From positions 288,001-352,000 of the forward strand of contig CAWBNQ010000003.1 in NCBI GenBank assembly GCA_963790205.1: a stretch of 64,000 nt of DNA, read 5' to 3'. The notes under the pieces were generated by a model that did not search any database, was not told where the DNA came from, and saw only the letters and a program-made list of their open reading frames with translations. Source of the DNA: Nitrospirota bacterium. Its GTDB lineage: Bacteria; Nitrospirota; UBA9217. The first letter of the stretch is position 1, and each line of letters opens with the position of its first letter. The position numbers were made by a program, and so were the translations under genes. Below, in pieces: positions 1-9,367 of this stretch.

Positions 1-3
1 ACC

Positions 4-33
4 AAAAAGAAAGCGGGGCGTCGGCCCCGCTTT
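4..33 (-). terminator. Intrinsic terminator after the 12-heme cytochrome gene
   Basis: Stem aaagcggggc/gccccgcttt with a 4-nt loop; the A-run at 4-8 is the U-tail on the minus strand, ~60 nt past the stop at 96. Confidence 0.75.
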
Positions 34-95
34 CCATCCGTCAAAAATCATATCAGCGGATCTTCATCGTTTTCGTCCAACGGGGCCTGTCCGGT

Positions 96-1916
96 TCAGG
101 GATAGGTTGCATTGACGTGAACTTTGACCGTTGAGTCGGCGAAATGGCATTCCAGCGTGCAACTGCCCGTATGGTTGCCGTTGTCCGTGTAGATGGGGTA
201 CGTATTCGTTCCGGTCGGCTTCACGATCGAGGTGTCGAAATTGATAAGATGGGTGTGCGATCCCGTGGCATTGTCCGGTACGCCGTGCGGATCGTGGCAG
301 ACCGAGCAGGGGACGGGCTTATTGTCCGTCGGCGACAGAAGGTGGCCGCTGTGCCCGCCCTGGCCGGAGGTTTGCTGGAAGCTGTTGGCATTATTGCTCA
401 GGATGCTGGTCTCGTTATGACACCAGTAGCAGAGCGCGTAGTATTGAGATTGATAGGGCGCGTTATTGACCACGGTCTCGTATTCCTGCCTGACGAGCGG
501 GCTCCAGATGGAGCCGTGGGGCCCCCGGGGGCCTGAGCCCCCGATGGACGAGCTGGAATCGCTGTCGTGGCAATCGGTGCAGTAGATGATGCTTGTTGCG
601 CTCATGCCGGGGGCGTACGAGGAGGGGAAGCTCGGTATTACGGGGTTTTTCCCCGCCCCCGCGACGGGATGGTACGACGGGTTGCCCGTCTGGAACGCCA
701 CGCGCATGTCCAGGGTGCCGACAACGCGCGCAAGGGGCGTATAATAGGTGGAGTATCGCCAGCTTGAGTCCGCATGACACTTGAAGCAGATCTCATATTC
801 ATTCGACGCGTAATTCGCGGGCGGAACAAGCGGCGAGTTATTGATGTCCACTCCGCTTACCTGGGCCAGCTTGCCCGACACGGCCGGCGCCGCCGCGGTT
901 TGATTGTTCACGGCATGGGGGTTGTGGCAGTCGACGCATTCCACGTGGTTCGTTATCATCAGTGGCGATTCATTCGGTTCATGATGGTTCGCCGTTACCC
1001 CGATCTCCGTGGCCGCCACATCATGCTTGTACTGTTTGCCGAACTGCGCCTGAATATTCGTCGCTGCCACGTTTCCGTTGTGGCAGGGATAGCAGTTATC
1101 TTCCTCTTGCTGGTAGTTGAGCAGCCTCATCGGTCCGCCCGCGTTATGGGGGTTGTGGCAGCTTTCACAGCCGTTCTGCTGCACCGTCGTCCATCCGAAA
1201 TCCGTGTTGACGCCCGTCCGCGGCCAGGGGTTGGTCCCGGCATTGTTCCAGGTTTGTTGTGATGTGTTATGCGACGTCTGGTCCCATCCGCTCATCGTAT
1301 GGCACTCCGTGCACAGCCCTGAGTTGACGCTGCTTACCCTGAGGAATTTTTTGTTGGTGTCGTCGTGAGGGTCATGACAGGTGGTGCACTCTATGATCTC
1401 GTTCCCGTAGAAAACGAGGTTCGCCGGCGGCACCGGGTTGATCTCCGGGTTGGAAACCGACTGGGAATAGGAAAAAGAAATGGGGTGGTGCGACGTGAGC
1501 GAGGTGCCGAAATACGACGGACTCGACGAGGGTATCCCGCCAGCGACGTTCATCGCGATCCCGCTCGACGGCTGGACCACGTCACCGAGCGCGAGGGTGC
1601 CGTCGTGGCAGCTGAGGCAGAGCCGCGACGGCCCGGTCGGCGTCGACGACGGCGCGACCATGGTCGTGCTGGTGTAGGGGGTGTAGTTGACGGCCTCGAG
1701 CTTTTTGTTCCAGAGGGGCGTCAGCGCGGTCGCATTATGCGGGGCATGGCAGAAGATGCAGATTCTGTTTTCGGTCAGCGCCTTGATCTGTCCGGGACCG
1801 CTTGCCGAAAGGTTGTGTTTGCTGTAAACAATGCTCATTTTTGCGACGGCCGGCGGGCCCGAGAAGACGCCGGCGGCGCACAACAGCAGCGCTATGGCGC
1901 GGACATGGCTACTCAT
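96..1916 (-). CDS. Secreted multiheme cytochrome c (11 CxxCH + 1 CX3CH) with an OmcE-like N-terminal tetraheme domain
   Basis: Start reassigned to ATG 1916 (MSSHVRAIALLL..., signal peptide; overlaps the upstream stop). Motifs CIFCH, CLSCH, CTTCH, CTECH, CESCH, CYPCH, CVDCH, CFKCH, CTDCH, CYWCH, CSVCH, CTLECH. The N-terminal part (KHNLS..ICIFCHAPH..PLWN..LCLSCHDG..HHPISF..ECTTCHDPH..FLR..LCTECH) parallels 8612-9367. Confidence 0.9.
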   Translation of the reverse strand: MSSHVRAIALLLCAAGVFSGPPAVAKMSIVYSKHNLSASGPGQIKALTENRICIFCHAPHNATALTPLWNKKLEAVNYTPYTSTTMVAPSSTPTGPSRLCLSCHDGTLALGDVVQPSSGIAMNVAGGIPSSSPSYFGTSLTSHHPISFSYSQSVSNPEINPVPPANLVFYGNEIIECTTCHDPHDDTNKKFLRVSSVNSGLCTECHTMSGWDQTSHNTSQQTWNNAGTNPWPRTGVNTDFGWTTVQQNGCESCHNPHNAGGPMRLLNYQQEEDNCYPCHNGNVAATNIQAQFGKQYKHDVAATEIGVTANHHEPNESPLMITNHVECVDCHNPHAVNNQTAAAPAVSGKLAQVSGVDINNSPLVPPANYASNEYEICFKCHADSSWRYSTYYTPLARVVGTLDMRVAFQTGNPSYHPVAGAGKNPVIPSFPSSYAPGMSATSIIYCTDCHDSDSSSSIGGSGPRGPHGSIWSPLVRQEYETVVNNAPYQSQYYALCYWCHNETSILSNNANSFQQTSGQGGHSGHLLSPTDNKPVPCSVCHDPHGVPDNATGSHTHLINFDTSIVKPTGTNTYPIYTDNGNHTGSCTLECHFADSTVKVHVNATYP

Positions 1917-2949
1917 GACGGTTCCCCGTGACCTGAAACATTTGAACCCTCCGATTGTAGGTGTCGCAGACATACAAAGTGTCCCGGTTGTCCAGGACCA
2001 ACCCTGACGGCAGCCAGAATTCACCCTGGCCGGTGCCGCGCCCCCCGATCGTAAACAGGAAGTCGCCGGTCAGGCTGAAGAGCTGGACATTGTCGAACAG
2101 GGCGTCCACGACGTAAATGACGCCGGTCCTGTCCACGGCGATCCCCTTCGGCATGGAGAAATCGCCGGAACCGTCGCCATGGTGGCCGAAGGACGACAGA
2201 AAGGTCCCGGAAGCATCGAAGACCTGGATCCTGAAGTTCATGGCGTCGGTCACGTACACGCGCCCGTCGGGGGAGGCGACGATATGGGTCGGAAAATTGA
2301 ACTGCCCCTGCCGCTCGCCGGGTCCTCCGAATGAAAAGAGGAGAGTGCCCTTTGTATCGAACGCGTATACCTTGTCCGCAAGGGTGTCGACGGCGTAGAG
2401 GATCTGCCTGGTGGAGGAAAACGACAGCCCCGTGGGCCGCAGGAGGTTGTCGGCGCCGGCTTTTTTAATCGAAAAAGACGGCTCTCCGTCCCGGTCAAAC
2501 ACGTAGATCGTGCCCCTCGACGAATCCGACACGTACAGCCTCGAATCATCATCGAACGCCACGCTTACGGGGGTCCTCAGCCTGTCCTTGCGAGCGCCGT
2601 GGATCTTCCGGTATTTCCGCTCCGCGGGCACATACAGGTGCACGCACCCGCGGCCCGGATCGGCTATGGCGATCCTTTCGTCGCGTCCGATCGCCGCTGC
2701 GACGGGGCGCACGATCGTATTGTCCTCCGCCCGGTTGCCGAAGACGATGGCCTTCAAGACGTTGGGTATCGTGGTCCCCGTTTCCTTGAACCCCCTGAGC
2801 GTCCCGAGGTAGGCCGCCCGTACCCTGTTCTCCTGGTCGAGCCACCGGGGCGGCTGGTCCGCCGACTCCATGACCGGCGACCATTTTGAAGCGCATCCCG
2901 CGGCTGACAGGGCCGCCAGACAAAGGAACAGTAGCATTTTATTTTTCAT
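1909..2949 (-). CDS. NHL-repeat (6-bladed beta-propeller) lipoprotein
   Basis: Start ATG 2949 (MKNKMLLFL), lipobox AAGC; repeated NHL motifs such as FNFPTHIVASPDGRVYVTD, FSMPKGIAVDRTGVIYVVD, FWLPSGLVLD. Confidence 0.88.
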   Translation of the reverse strand: MKNKMLLFLCLAALSAAGCASKWSPVMESADQPPRWLDQENRVRAAYLGTLRGFKETGTTIPNVLKAIVFGNRAEDNTIVRPVAAAIGRDERIAIADPGRGCVHLYVPAERKYRKIHGARKDRLRTPVSVAFDDDSRLYVSDSSRGTIYVFDRDGEPSFSIKKAGADNLLRPTGLSFSSTRQILYAVDTLADKVYAFDTKGTLLFSFGGPGERQGQFNFPTHIVASPDGRVYVTDAMNFRIQVFDASGTFLSSFGHHGDGSGDFSMPKGIAVDRTGVIYVVDALFDNVQLFSLTGDFLFTIGGRGTGQGEFWLPSGLVLDNRDTLYVCDTYNRRVQMFQVTGNRHE

Positions 2950-3136
2950 CTGTTGTATAAAGCGGTCTCCAGCCGCGACCAAAAAAAGCCGTCATTCCCG
3001 AATGCCTTGACCGGGGTCCTGGCGGAACTACTCAGGCCATAACATAAAAGCCCACAAAGAGTCATTCAACGTCCAGAGACTGCTTCAGCTTTTTGTTTTG
3101 AGCCGATCCCATGCTCCGTCATTTCTTCGCGTCGTT

Positions 3137-3181
3137 GCCTGCACCCAGCGATTACGAGTGGTAACGCGAGTGCAGGGTGTG
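3137..3181. repeat. 45-bp palindromic intergenic repeat, copy 1
   Basis: gcctgcacccagcgattacgagtggtaacgcgagtgcagggtgtg; differs by 1 nt from 48301-48345; arms cctgcac/gtgcagg. Confidence 0.8.
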
Positions 3182-3242
3182 CCTTCGTGTGAGGATTATT
3201 TTTCGTTTCTAACCCGCCCCATCCGCGGCAAGGCCGTTCCGG

Positions 3243-4256
3243 TCAGGGTTTCTTTTGCTCCCGCGGCATCGGGACATCCAGGATTTCGATCTTCGCCCCT
3301 TTTTTCAATTCCTGTTCCCACGCTTCGCGGCGTTTCCTGAGCGCGTCGGCCCTGAGCTTTTGTTCGAGAGGGCCTTTGACTTCCTCATAGGACAGCTGTC
3401 TCTCCGGCGTGTACTCGGACAGTTTCATGATGTGCACGCCGTCGCCGGTCTTTATCGCGCCGGAAAGCTCCCCCTCCTTGAGTTTCCGGGCGGCGTCATA
3501 GAGCGCGGGCTCCTTTTCTTTTTTAAGGTCGAGGTCCCGAACGATGAAGTCGCCGTCGGGAGCGAGGCTCCACGGGTTTTTGTCCTTATCAGCCTTTATT
3601 CGGGCGATGAGCTCGGCCGCTTTCTTCCTTGACGCTCCGCTGTCGAGTTTGGCCGATATGGCCACGTCGACCACGGAGACTATTTCCGGCTCGATAAACC
3701 GGCCCTTCCGGCCCTCGTATTCCTTTCGCACCTCGTCTTCGGACACGCTGACCTTCTCCGTCACTTCCTTGGCGATGATAAGCTGAAGGAGCATGCCCCG
3801 TTCCAGCCCGGAGCGAAATTCCACGTCGGTCTCGTTCCGTTTTGCCAGGAACGCGTCATAATCCTTTTGATTGTGGCCGACGAGGTAGGAAATTGCGGCG
3901 TCGATGTCCCGCTCTTTTAGATGCAACCCCTGGCGCGCCGCTTCCTGGAGCGCCAGCTCCTGGAGGACCAGCTGGTCCAGGGCCTTCCTTCGGACCTCTT
4001 CAGGCGGCCCCGGGCTTTCCCGATTGAGCGCGCTCATACGGTCCATCATATCGTGAAGCGAGCGCTGGGTTATGACCGCATCATTGACCTTTGCCACGAT
4101 GATCTTTCGCTCATCGCGCGGCGTCGCGGCCGCGCGCGGCGATATGGTTTCAGCGGCCGGGTGCAGCTTTGCGCAGCCGGCGATGACGAGAGCGGCGGCA
4201 AAAATCATGATGATGCCGGCTGTTCGAACGGGTGCTTTCACGATGTTCCTCCTCAT
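3243..4256 (-). CDS. SurA-like / PpiC-type peptidyl-prolyl isomerase chaperone lipoprotein
   Basis: Lipobox IAGC; SurA N-domain pattern (VAKVNDAVIT..ALDQLVLQELALQEAARQGL) and parvulin-like C-terminal part (LKEGELSGAIKTGDGVHIMKL..LSYEEVK). Confidence 0.85.
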   Translation of the reverse strand: MRRNIVKAPVRTAGIIMIFAAALVIAGCAKLHPAAETISPRAAATPRDERKIIVAKVNDAVITQRSLHDMMDRMSALNRESPGPPEEVRRKALDQLVLQELALQEAARQGLHLKERDIDAAISYLVGHNQKDYDAFLAKRNETDVEFRSGLERGMLLQLIIAKEVTEKVSVSEDEVRKEYEGRKGRFIEPEIVSVVDVAISAKLDSGASRKKAAELIARIKADKDKNPWSLAPDGDFIVRDLDLKKEKEPALYDAARKLKEGELSGAIKTGDGVHIMKLSEYTPERQLSYEEVKGPLEQKLRADALRKRREAWEQELKKGAKIEILDVPMPREQKKP

Positions 4257-4490
4257 ATATTGTTACTCCTATTGTCAAAATTCACCACAGAGCGCACAGA
4301 GCAGGTCTTGAATGTATGGGGGCAACTTCCTCTGTGTCCTCCCTCCCCCCGCTGCGCTCTTTTTATTACCGGTAATTACCAGCTCAGTTTGTTTTGCCTT
4401 GTCATTTAAACCACGAGAACACAGAAGCATCTTATTGATAAATAAACTCAACGTGCTTGGATTTTACCCGGGCATTCCCCGGCGCCCTCT

Positions 4491-4536
4491 GCCTGCGCCC
4501 GGCGTTTACGAGTGCTCAGCGCGAGTGCAGGGTGCG
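4491..4536. repeat. 45-bp palindromic intergenic repeat, diverged copy 2
   Basis: gcctgcgcccggcgtttacgagtgctcagcgcgagtgcagggtgcg aligns with the copies at 3137 and 48301. Confidence 0.7.
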
Positions 4537-4625
4537 GTTTCATGCTTTGCCTCTCTTTTTTATGAAACTTTTGACGCCGCCTCGTTACTGAAGAATCAAC
4601 TTTTTTTCAAGATCATGCGACGGTA

Positions 4626-6632
4626 CTAGAACAGCTTCCTGCTCAGTGTCATGTAATAATATTGAGAGTTAAGCGTTGTTTTGGTCGTTGCCAGCATGTT
4701 CTCCTGGCGGTTCAATTGCGCCCCCCCGGTGACCGAAAAGAGGCCGAGCTGCCAGGTCAAGGAGGTGTTGATGAAGACCGTATCGGAATCGAAGGTCGAG
4801 CTGGTCCGGTAATAAGAACCTCCCATAAGAAGGACCAGGTGGTCCTGGGGAAATTTCATGTCCACGCCCATGCTCGTTCCCTCGGTCGAGGTCCGGTGCT
4901 CGGCCCCCTGCAACACTGGCGTAGGCAGATAGTCCGTCACCGTATAGAAAAGGGACGCCGTGGCGTTCGTGTCCTCACCCAGGGGCGTCCGGTATGTCGC
5001 CGTTGCTTTCCGTGATTTGTAGGGGTTCAGACGGGAATCGTAATCCTGGTATTCCACGAGGCCGGAATAGGGGCCCGCGTTTACGGTCATGCCCACGGTT
5101 TTGCTCGCGGTCCGCTCCGGGCCGCCCGCGAGCGACCCGGACACCACTTCCTGTCCCATAATAAGGTAATTGAAATACGCGGCCAAAAGGTTGTCGAGGA
5201 GGTCCAGCCTGAACAGATATCCCGAAAACGTAGAGGTGAACTTCGATTGGACCGACAGCATGTACGAGGCGCGAAATTCATACACAAAGCCGGGAGGTTC
5301 CGGCGTCGCCGTGAACACGCTTACGACCGTGATCTGGATGCTGTTCCCCAGGGCGCCGGCAACGTAGTCGATCTGCGGCCGCAAGGTGATCAGGGTCCCG
5401 GTCCCCGGGTCTTTCACTTGTATCTGGATGGTGCTTGCAAGGACATTCTGCTGGACGAGCATAAAGGTCCCTGGCACCGCGGTGCTGTGCGCCTCGTTGA
5501 GGACCACCGGCGTTCCCGTTCGTTCCGAATCCGAGCTGCCGAGCTGGATGCCGGCGGTGAGCCTTCCGGTCGGGATGGTTTTCGTGTACGTGGTGCCGAG
5601 CGTCTGAGAACGGCTCGTGATTTCCCCCGACGAGGACGTGGAGGTCAGGTCGACCAGGGAGTAGTTCGTCGTCAGGCTCCGGTAAAGCTGCTGGGAAAGG
5701 GAAAACATCGTACTGTTGGACCGGTTGGATTCCTCCGTTGCCGGGCCCGAAGGGGTTTCCCCGGTCTTGTCGACCTCGTTCCGGTACGCAGTGGAAGCGT
5801 TGGCGGTGAAGTTCCACGGCAGGGCGGCGGCCAGCTGTTCCGTCCAGAAAAACGTGGTGGCCTGAAAGTCAGGAAGAAGCGGCGAGGTCTGTTCGTGCGT
5901 TATATTGTTGACGCGGCTGTCGAGGGTGAAGCCCTCATAGCGGATGTTGTTGCCGGCGGTGTATTCATCACGCGTGGTGATGCGGTCGCCCGTTGACTGG
6001 GTTTCGGAGTGCGTATACGACGCCGTATCGGTCACCACCTGCCCCTTGTAAGCGCCGTTCACGCGGTAGGAGTTCGTGTCCGCTTTGTACAGGGTCGAAT
6101 CGACGGAAGTGTCGAAATAGCTCGCCTGAAAGGAAAGAGGCCGTTGCTTGTACTTGAAAATGGCCCCCTGTTCGTCCACGGTCCCTATCAGCCCCGCGGC
6201 CCCCCCGGGCGCCCCCGGGAAGTATCTCTGCTGATGGAGCTTGAAGAGTTCGAGGTTATAGGGGTGCTCGGGGAGCAATACCGTCCTCAGCTGGTAGCTC
6301 GTCGCGGCCGCGGTCCTCGATACCCCCGTGCCGCTCTCCTCGTTCAGCCCTTCCGACAGCGATGCGTCGAATACGAGAAATCTGGGATGATATACGAAGC
6401 CGTCGGCGGCAAAGCGGACGCTTTCGGTCAATAACCTGTCATCGGAGACGGTCCTTTGGCCGCCCTGCGTGGACTGGGTGTCGTACGACTGCGCGTTCAT
6501 TTCCAGGTATCCTTCAGAATAGGTGATTGTGGGGACAAATGAAAGCTCCTCCCCCAGGGATGCCGCAGGCGGGTTCAGAAAAAAAAACACCAGCGTTGCG
6601 CAGGCAACGCCTGTGAGAGAGGTCCCTCGCAT
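4626..6632 (-). CDS. Large outer-membrane beta-barrel protein (porin-cytochrome / nanowire-export type)
   Basis: 668 aa, signal peptide, alternating Y/T/S-rich amphipathic strands, C-terminal BAM-type signature YMTLSRKLF, adjacent to cytochrome genes. Confidence 0.75.
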   Translation of the reverse strand: MRGTSLTGVACATLVFFFLNPPAASLGEELSFVPTITYSEGYLEMNAQSYDTQSTQGGQRTVSDDRLLTESVRFAADGFVYHPRFLVFDASLSEGLNEESGTGVSRTAAATSYQLRTVLLPEHPYNLELFKLHQQRYFPGAPGGAAGLIGTVDEQGAIFKYKQRPLSFQASYFDTSVDSTLYKADTNSYRVNGAYKGQVVTDTASYTHSETQSTGDRITTRDEYTAGNNIRYEGFTLDSRVNNITHEQTSPLLPDFQATTFFWTEQLAAALPWNFTANASTAYRNEVDKTGETPSGPATEESNRSNSTMFSLSQQLYRSLTTNYSLVDLTSTSSSGEITSRSQTLGTTYTKTIPTGRLTAGIQLGSSDSERTGTPVVLNEAHSTAVPGTFMLVQQNVLASTIQIQVKDPGTGTLITLRPQIDYVAGALGNSIQITVVSVFTATPEPPGFVYEFRASYMLSVQSKFTSTFSGYLFRLDLLDNLLAAYFNYLIMGQEVVSGSLAGGPERTASKTVGMTVNAGPYSGLVEYQDYDSRLNPYKSRKATATYRTPLGEDTNATASLFYTVTDYLPTPVLQGAEHRTSTEGTSMGVDMKFPQDHLVLLMGGSYYRTSSTFDSDTVFINTSLTWQLGLFSVTGGAQLNRQENMLATTKTTLNSQYYYMTLSRKLF

Positions 6633-6736
6633 GGTCGGGAAGACAAGGACTCCTTTTTATTCCGGCCCGGACAAACCCCGGGAAGGGGTCGGGCCGGACC
6701 AAAACTGTTTTGACCGCGAAGCGCGTGAAGATCCAT

Positions 6737-7273
6737 TTATTTCAGCAAAAAGTCGTTGTCCGATCCGTGAGGGTCGTGGCACTCCGTGCATTCCATGTCG
6801 ACCGCATCCTGATGGACCTTTCGCGAGCCGACCTCAGCCGCGTCGTGGCAGGTAAGGCAGAATTGCGAAGGGTCCGCAACGAGCATAAAAGGTTTTCCCG
6901 TGCCATGGGGATCGTGGCATACGCGGCATCCTCCCGAGGCGACGGGCCCGTGTATTTTCCTTTTCCGGATGTTCAGGTCGTGGCAGTTCAAGCACAACTT
7001 TTCCACCGGCAGGATGAGCTGGTTGCTGCCGTCCTGGCGGTGGCACGCGCTGCACATCTTTGCGGCATAAGGACCGTGTTTTCTTCCGGCGCCGGTCTGC
7101 TCATCAGCCCGGGCCCTCATGGTTTTGCCCTCGGGCCCATTTGCCATTTGCTCTCCGGGCTGGGGCACGCCGTCGAAGAAAAAGCTGAGCGCCGTGTACC
7201 GCGTCTGCGGAGAACAGCCGGACAAGGCAAGCATTGCAACGGCCACCGCGGCAAGTATCAACCGCGCGAACAT
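6737..7273 (-). CDS. Pentaheme cytochrome c lipoprotein
   Basis: Lipobox LSGC; CSACH, CLNCH, CRVCH, CLTCH, CTECH with paired CxxCHxPH pattern. Confidence 0.9.
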   Translation of the reverse strand: MFARLILAAVAVAMLALSGCSPQTRYTALSFFFDGVPQPGEQMANGPEGKTMRARADEQTGAGRKHGPYAAKMCSACHRQDGSNQLILPVEKLCLNCHDLNIRKRKIHGPVASGGCRVCHDPHGTGKPFMLVADPSQFCLTCHDAAEVGSRKVHQDAVDMECTECHDPHGSDNDFLLK

Positions 7274-7276
7274 CTT

Positions 7277-8440
7277 CTATTGTCCCTCTTTGGCAGGCCC
7301 GCCCTTGTCCGCGGCTGCTTGCTCCTTCTTTGCCTTCTCAAGTCTCGCTTTCACTTGTTCCCGGAGCTCGGCGTCCGTCGGATACGTTTTCCCCTCTTCC
7401 CTGCCCACGCCGAAAATATTGATCATCCTGATTCCGAATTGACTGACGACGATGGCCAGGTTCTCGATCTTGAATTTCGGGTCCGCGTATTGTTGAAAAT
7501 ACTTGATATTGTCGTAATCCACGATTACCTGGGCGGGAAGATTCAGGTCGCCCGGAAATCTCCCGCCCTTGCTGAAGAAGAGGAGAAGGTCTCCCTCCTT
7601 GTCGAAGATCTGCACGTTGGAGAAGGCGGCGTCCACGACGTAGAGCCGGTCATCCCGGTCCACGGTGATGCCTTTCGGACGCGCGAAGGTGCCGCTCTCC
7701 GTGCCGATCTCTCCGAGGGCGCCCAGGAAATGGCCGTCCCGGTCGAATTTTACGATTTGAAACCTGGCCATATCGGACACGAGCAGGTGCCCATCTTTGT
7801 CAAAGGCCACGTTCGTGGGCCGCCCCAACCGGTCCTCGGGCGGTCCTGTCTGCCCGATTTGTCTCAGGACGTTGCCGCTCTTTTTGTCCATGACGACGAT
7901 CTCATAGTGTTTCATGTCGGCCACGTAAAGCTCGTCTCCATAGGGCACGGCGTCGACCGGCCTCATGGTGTCTGACGAACCGAAGGCGGTGACGTAAAAA
8001 TCGTTCTTGTCGAAGACGACCACCTGTCCCCTGACCGGGTCCGCCACGTACTTGTTGCCTTCGGCATCGATGCGGATATTGACGGGCTGAAGCAGCTTCC
8101 CCAGCCCCTGGGCGCCGGCGAGATCCTCAAAGGTCCTCTTATTCAGGTCAAAGACGGAGACCCCCCGGTTTGTGTCGGCGACGTAGATTTTGCCGCCCCA
8201 GATCGCAACGCCGTAGGGCTTGTCCAGCCGCCGTTTGCTCTCCTGGGCCCCGGTGATGAACCTCTCAAAAGCGGATTTTTTACGGGCGAAGTCCTTTTCC
8301 CCCACAAAGGAAGTGAGATACTGCACCCGGGGCAGTTCAGGCGGACCGGGATAGAAAACCTTGAATATTTCCTGCTTCGGGGCCGTGGTAGCGCAGCCGG
8401 CCATGAGGGCGAGGATGATGACGATACTGAATTTTTTCAT
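7277..8440 (-). CDS. NHL-repeat beta-propeller lipoprotein
   Basis: Lipobox MAGC; NHL repeats (LDKPYGVAI, LGRPTNVAFDKDGHLLVSD, FARPKGITVDRDDRLYVVD); AGGAG RBS upstream. Confidence 0.88.
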   Translation of the reverse strand: MKKFSIVIILALMAGCATTAPKQEIFKVFYPGPPELPRVQYLTSFVGEKDFARKKSAFERFITGAQESKRRLDKPYGVAIWGGKIYVADTNRGVSVFDLNKRTFEDLAGAQGLGKLLQPVNIRIDAEGNKYVADPVRGQVVVFDKNDFYVTAFGSSDTMRPVDAVPYGDELYVADMKHYEIVVMDKKSGNVLRQIGQTGPPEDRLGRPTNVAFDKDGHLLVSDMARFQIVKFDRDGHFLGALGEIGTESGTFARPKGITVDRDDRLYVVDAAFSNVQIFDKEGDLLLFFSKGGRFPGDLNLPAQVIVDYDNIKYFQQYADPKFKIENLAIVVSQFGIRMINIFGVGREEGKTYPTDAELREQVKARLEKAKKEQAAADKGGPAKEGQ

Positions 8441-8494
8441 GATATTGTAATGGACTCCTAAATAGTTGGGAATTGTTTCATTGCGGGTATGGCA

Positions 8495-8523
8495 ATAGTA
8501 CCATGATGGTTCTGAATTTTCAA
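8495..8523 (-). promoter_or_regulatory. Putative sigma70 promoter for the NHL/cytochrome/porin accessory operon
   Basis: Minus strand reads TTGAAA-17 nt-TACTAT with an extended -10 TG, ~55 nt upstream of the ATG at 8440. Confidence 0.6.
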
Positions 8524-8560
8524 CATAATTTCAACACGCGCAAGGGCATTATGAAAAATG

Positions 8561-8599
8561 AAAAAAAAAGAGGGGGATGAAATTCATCCCCCTCTTTTT
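8561..8599 (-). terminator. Intrinsic terminator immediately after the OmcE-like gene
   Basis: Perfect stem gagggggatga/tcatccccctc flanked by A9 and T5. Confidence 0.85.
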
Positions 8600-8611
8600 C
8601 ATGGTTTTTAC

Positions 8612-9367
8612 TTACTTGTCATGGCAGGTGAGGCAGATCTGGCTTCCCGTACCGGCGGGGCCGCCGTCGTCGTACGTCCAGAGGAACTTAAAGCCCTCGT
8701 TGCCCTTGTTGTGGACGGAGTGGCAGGAAACGCACTCTACATTGCCGTTCCACAGAAGGTCGTTGATGGTGAGGCCGGTGGTGCCGACGCTGCTCGAAGG
8801 ATCCATAATCCCGTCATCCACGCCCTGGACTGCAGCATAGTTGAACCCGACCGGATGATGATTGGAGAGGTCGCCGCCCGCGCCGACCTGATAGCCGGCG
8901 GGCATGGTGATGCCGCCTGCGCCTACTGTCGGGTTGCTGTCGAAGGTGCCGTAGGAGTTGACTGCAACCGAACCGTCATGGCAGCTCAGGCAAAGCTTCG
9001 ACACGCCGCCCGGTCCCGCCGAAAGGTCCGCATTCAACTGCATGGCAAGGCTGTTCGGAATGTCGCTGCCGTTCGTGTAGGAAGCATAGGAGGTGATGGT
9101 GCTCAGCGTGTGGTTCCAGAGAGGGTAGTAATTGATCTGGGTGCCTTGTACCATATCTGTTTTTCTGGCTGCGTGGTGCGGCGTATGACAAAATACGCAG
9201 ATACGGGTCTCACTAGCTTGACCCACTGCAATACCGCCAGCTCCCGTGACGCTCAAATCATGCAAAGAATCTTTAATACCCGATCCAGGAGCAACTCCAG
9301 CCATCGCAAAAGAAGCGCAGGCCAAAACCAAGCCGATCGCTAAACAAATTGAAATATACTTTTTCAT
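8612..9367 (-). CDS. Tetraheme cytochrome c, OmcE-like (candidate nanowire subunit)
   Basis: Start reassigned to ATG 9367 (AGGAG RBS; MKKYISICLAIGLVLACASFAMA signal peptide), 251 aa. Motif order HDLS..ICVFCHTPH..PLWN..LCLSCHDG..DLSNHHPVGF..VECVSCHSVH..FL..ICLTCHDK* matches my recollection of Geobacter OmcE. Confidence 0.85.
   Translation of the reverse strand: MKKYISICLAIGLVLACASFAMAGVAPGSGIKDSLHDLSVTGAGGIAVGQASETRICVFCHTPHHAARKTDMVQGTQINYYPLWNHTLSTITSYASYTNGSDIPNSLAMQLNADLSAGPGGVSKLCLSCHDGSVAVNSYGTFDSNPTVGAGGITMPAGYQVGAGGDLSNHHPVGFNYAAVQGVDDGIMDPSSSVGTTGLTINDLLWNGNVECVSCHSVHNKGNEGFKFLWTYDDGGPAGTGSQICLTCHDK

Noticed and set aside
6710..7975. Long antisense ORFs (this one and 10377-11345, 15360-16532, 24373-25428, 33905-34924, 47169-48308)
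   Set aside because: Shadow frames of well-supported genes on the opposite strand, expected in high-GC DNA.
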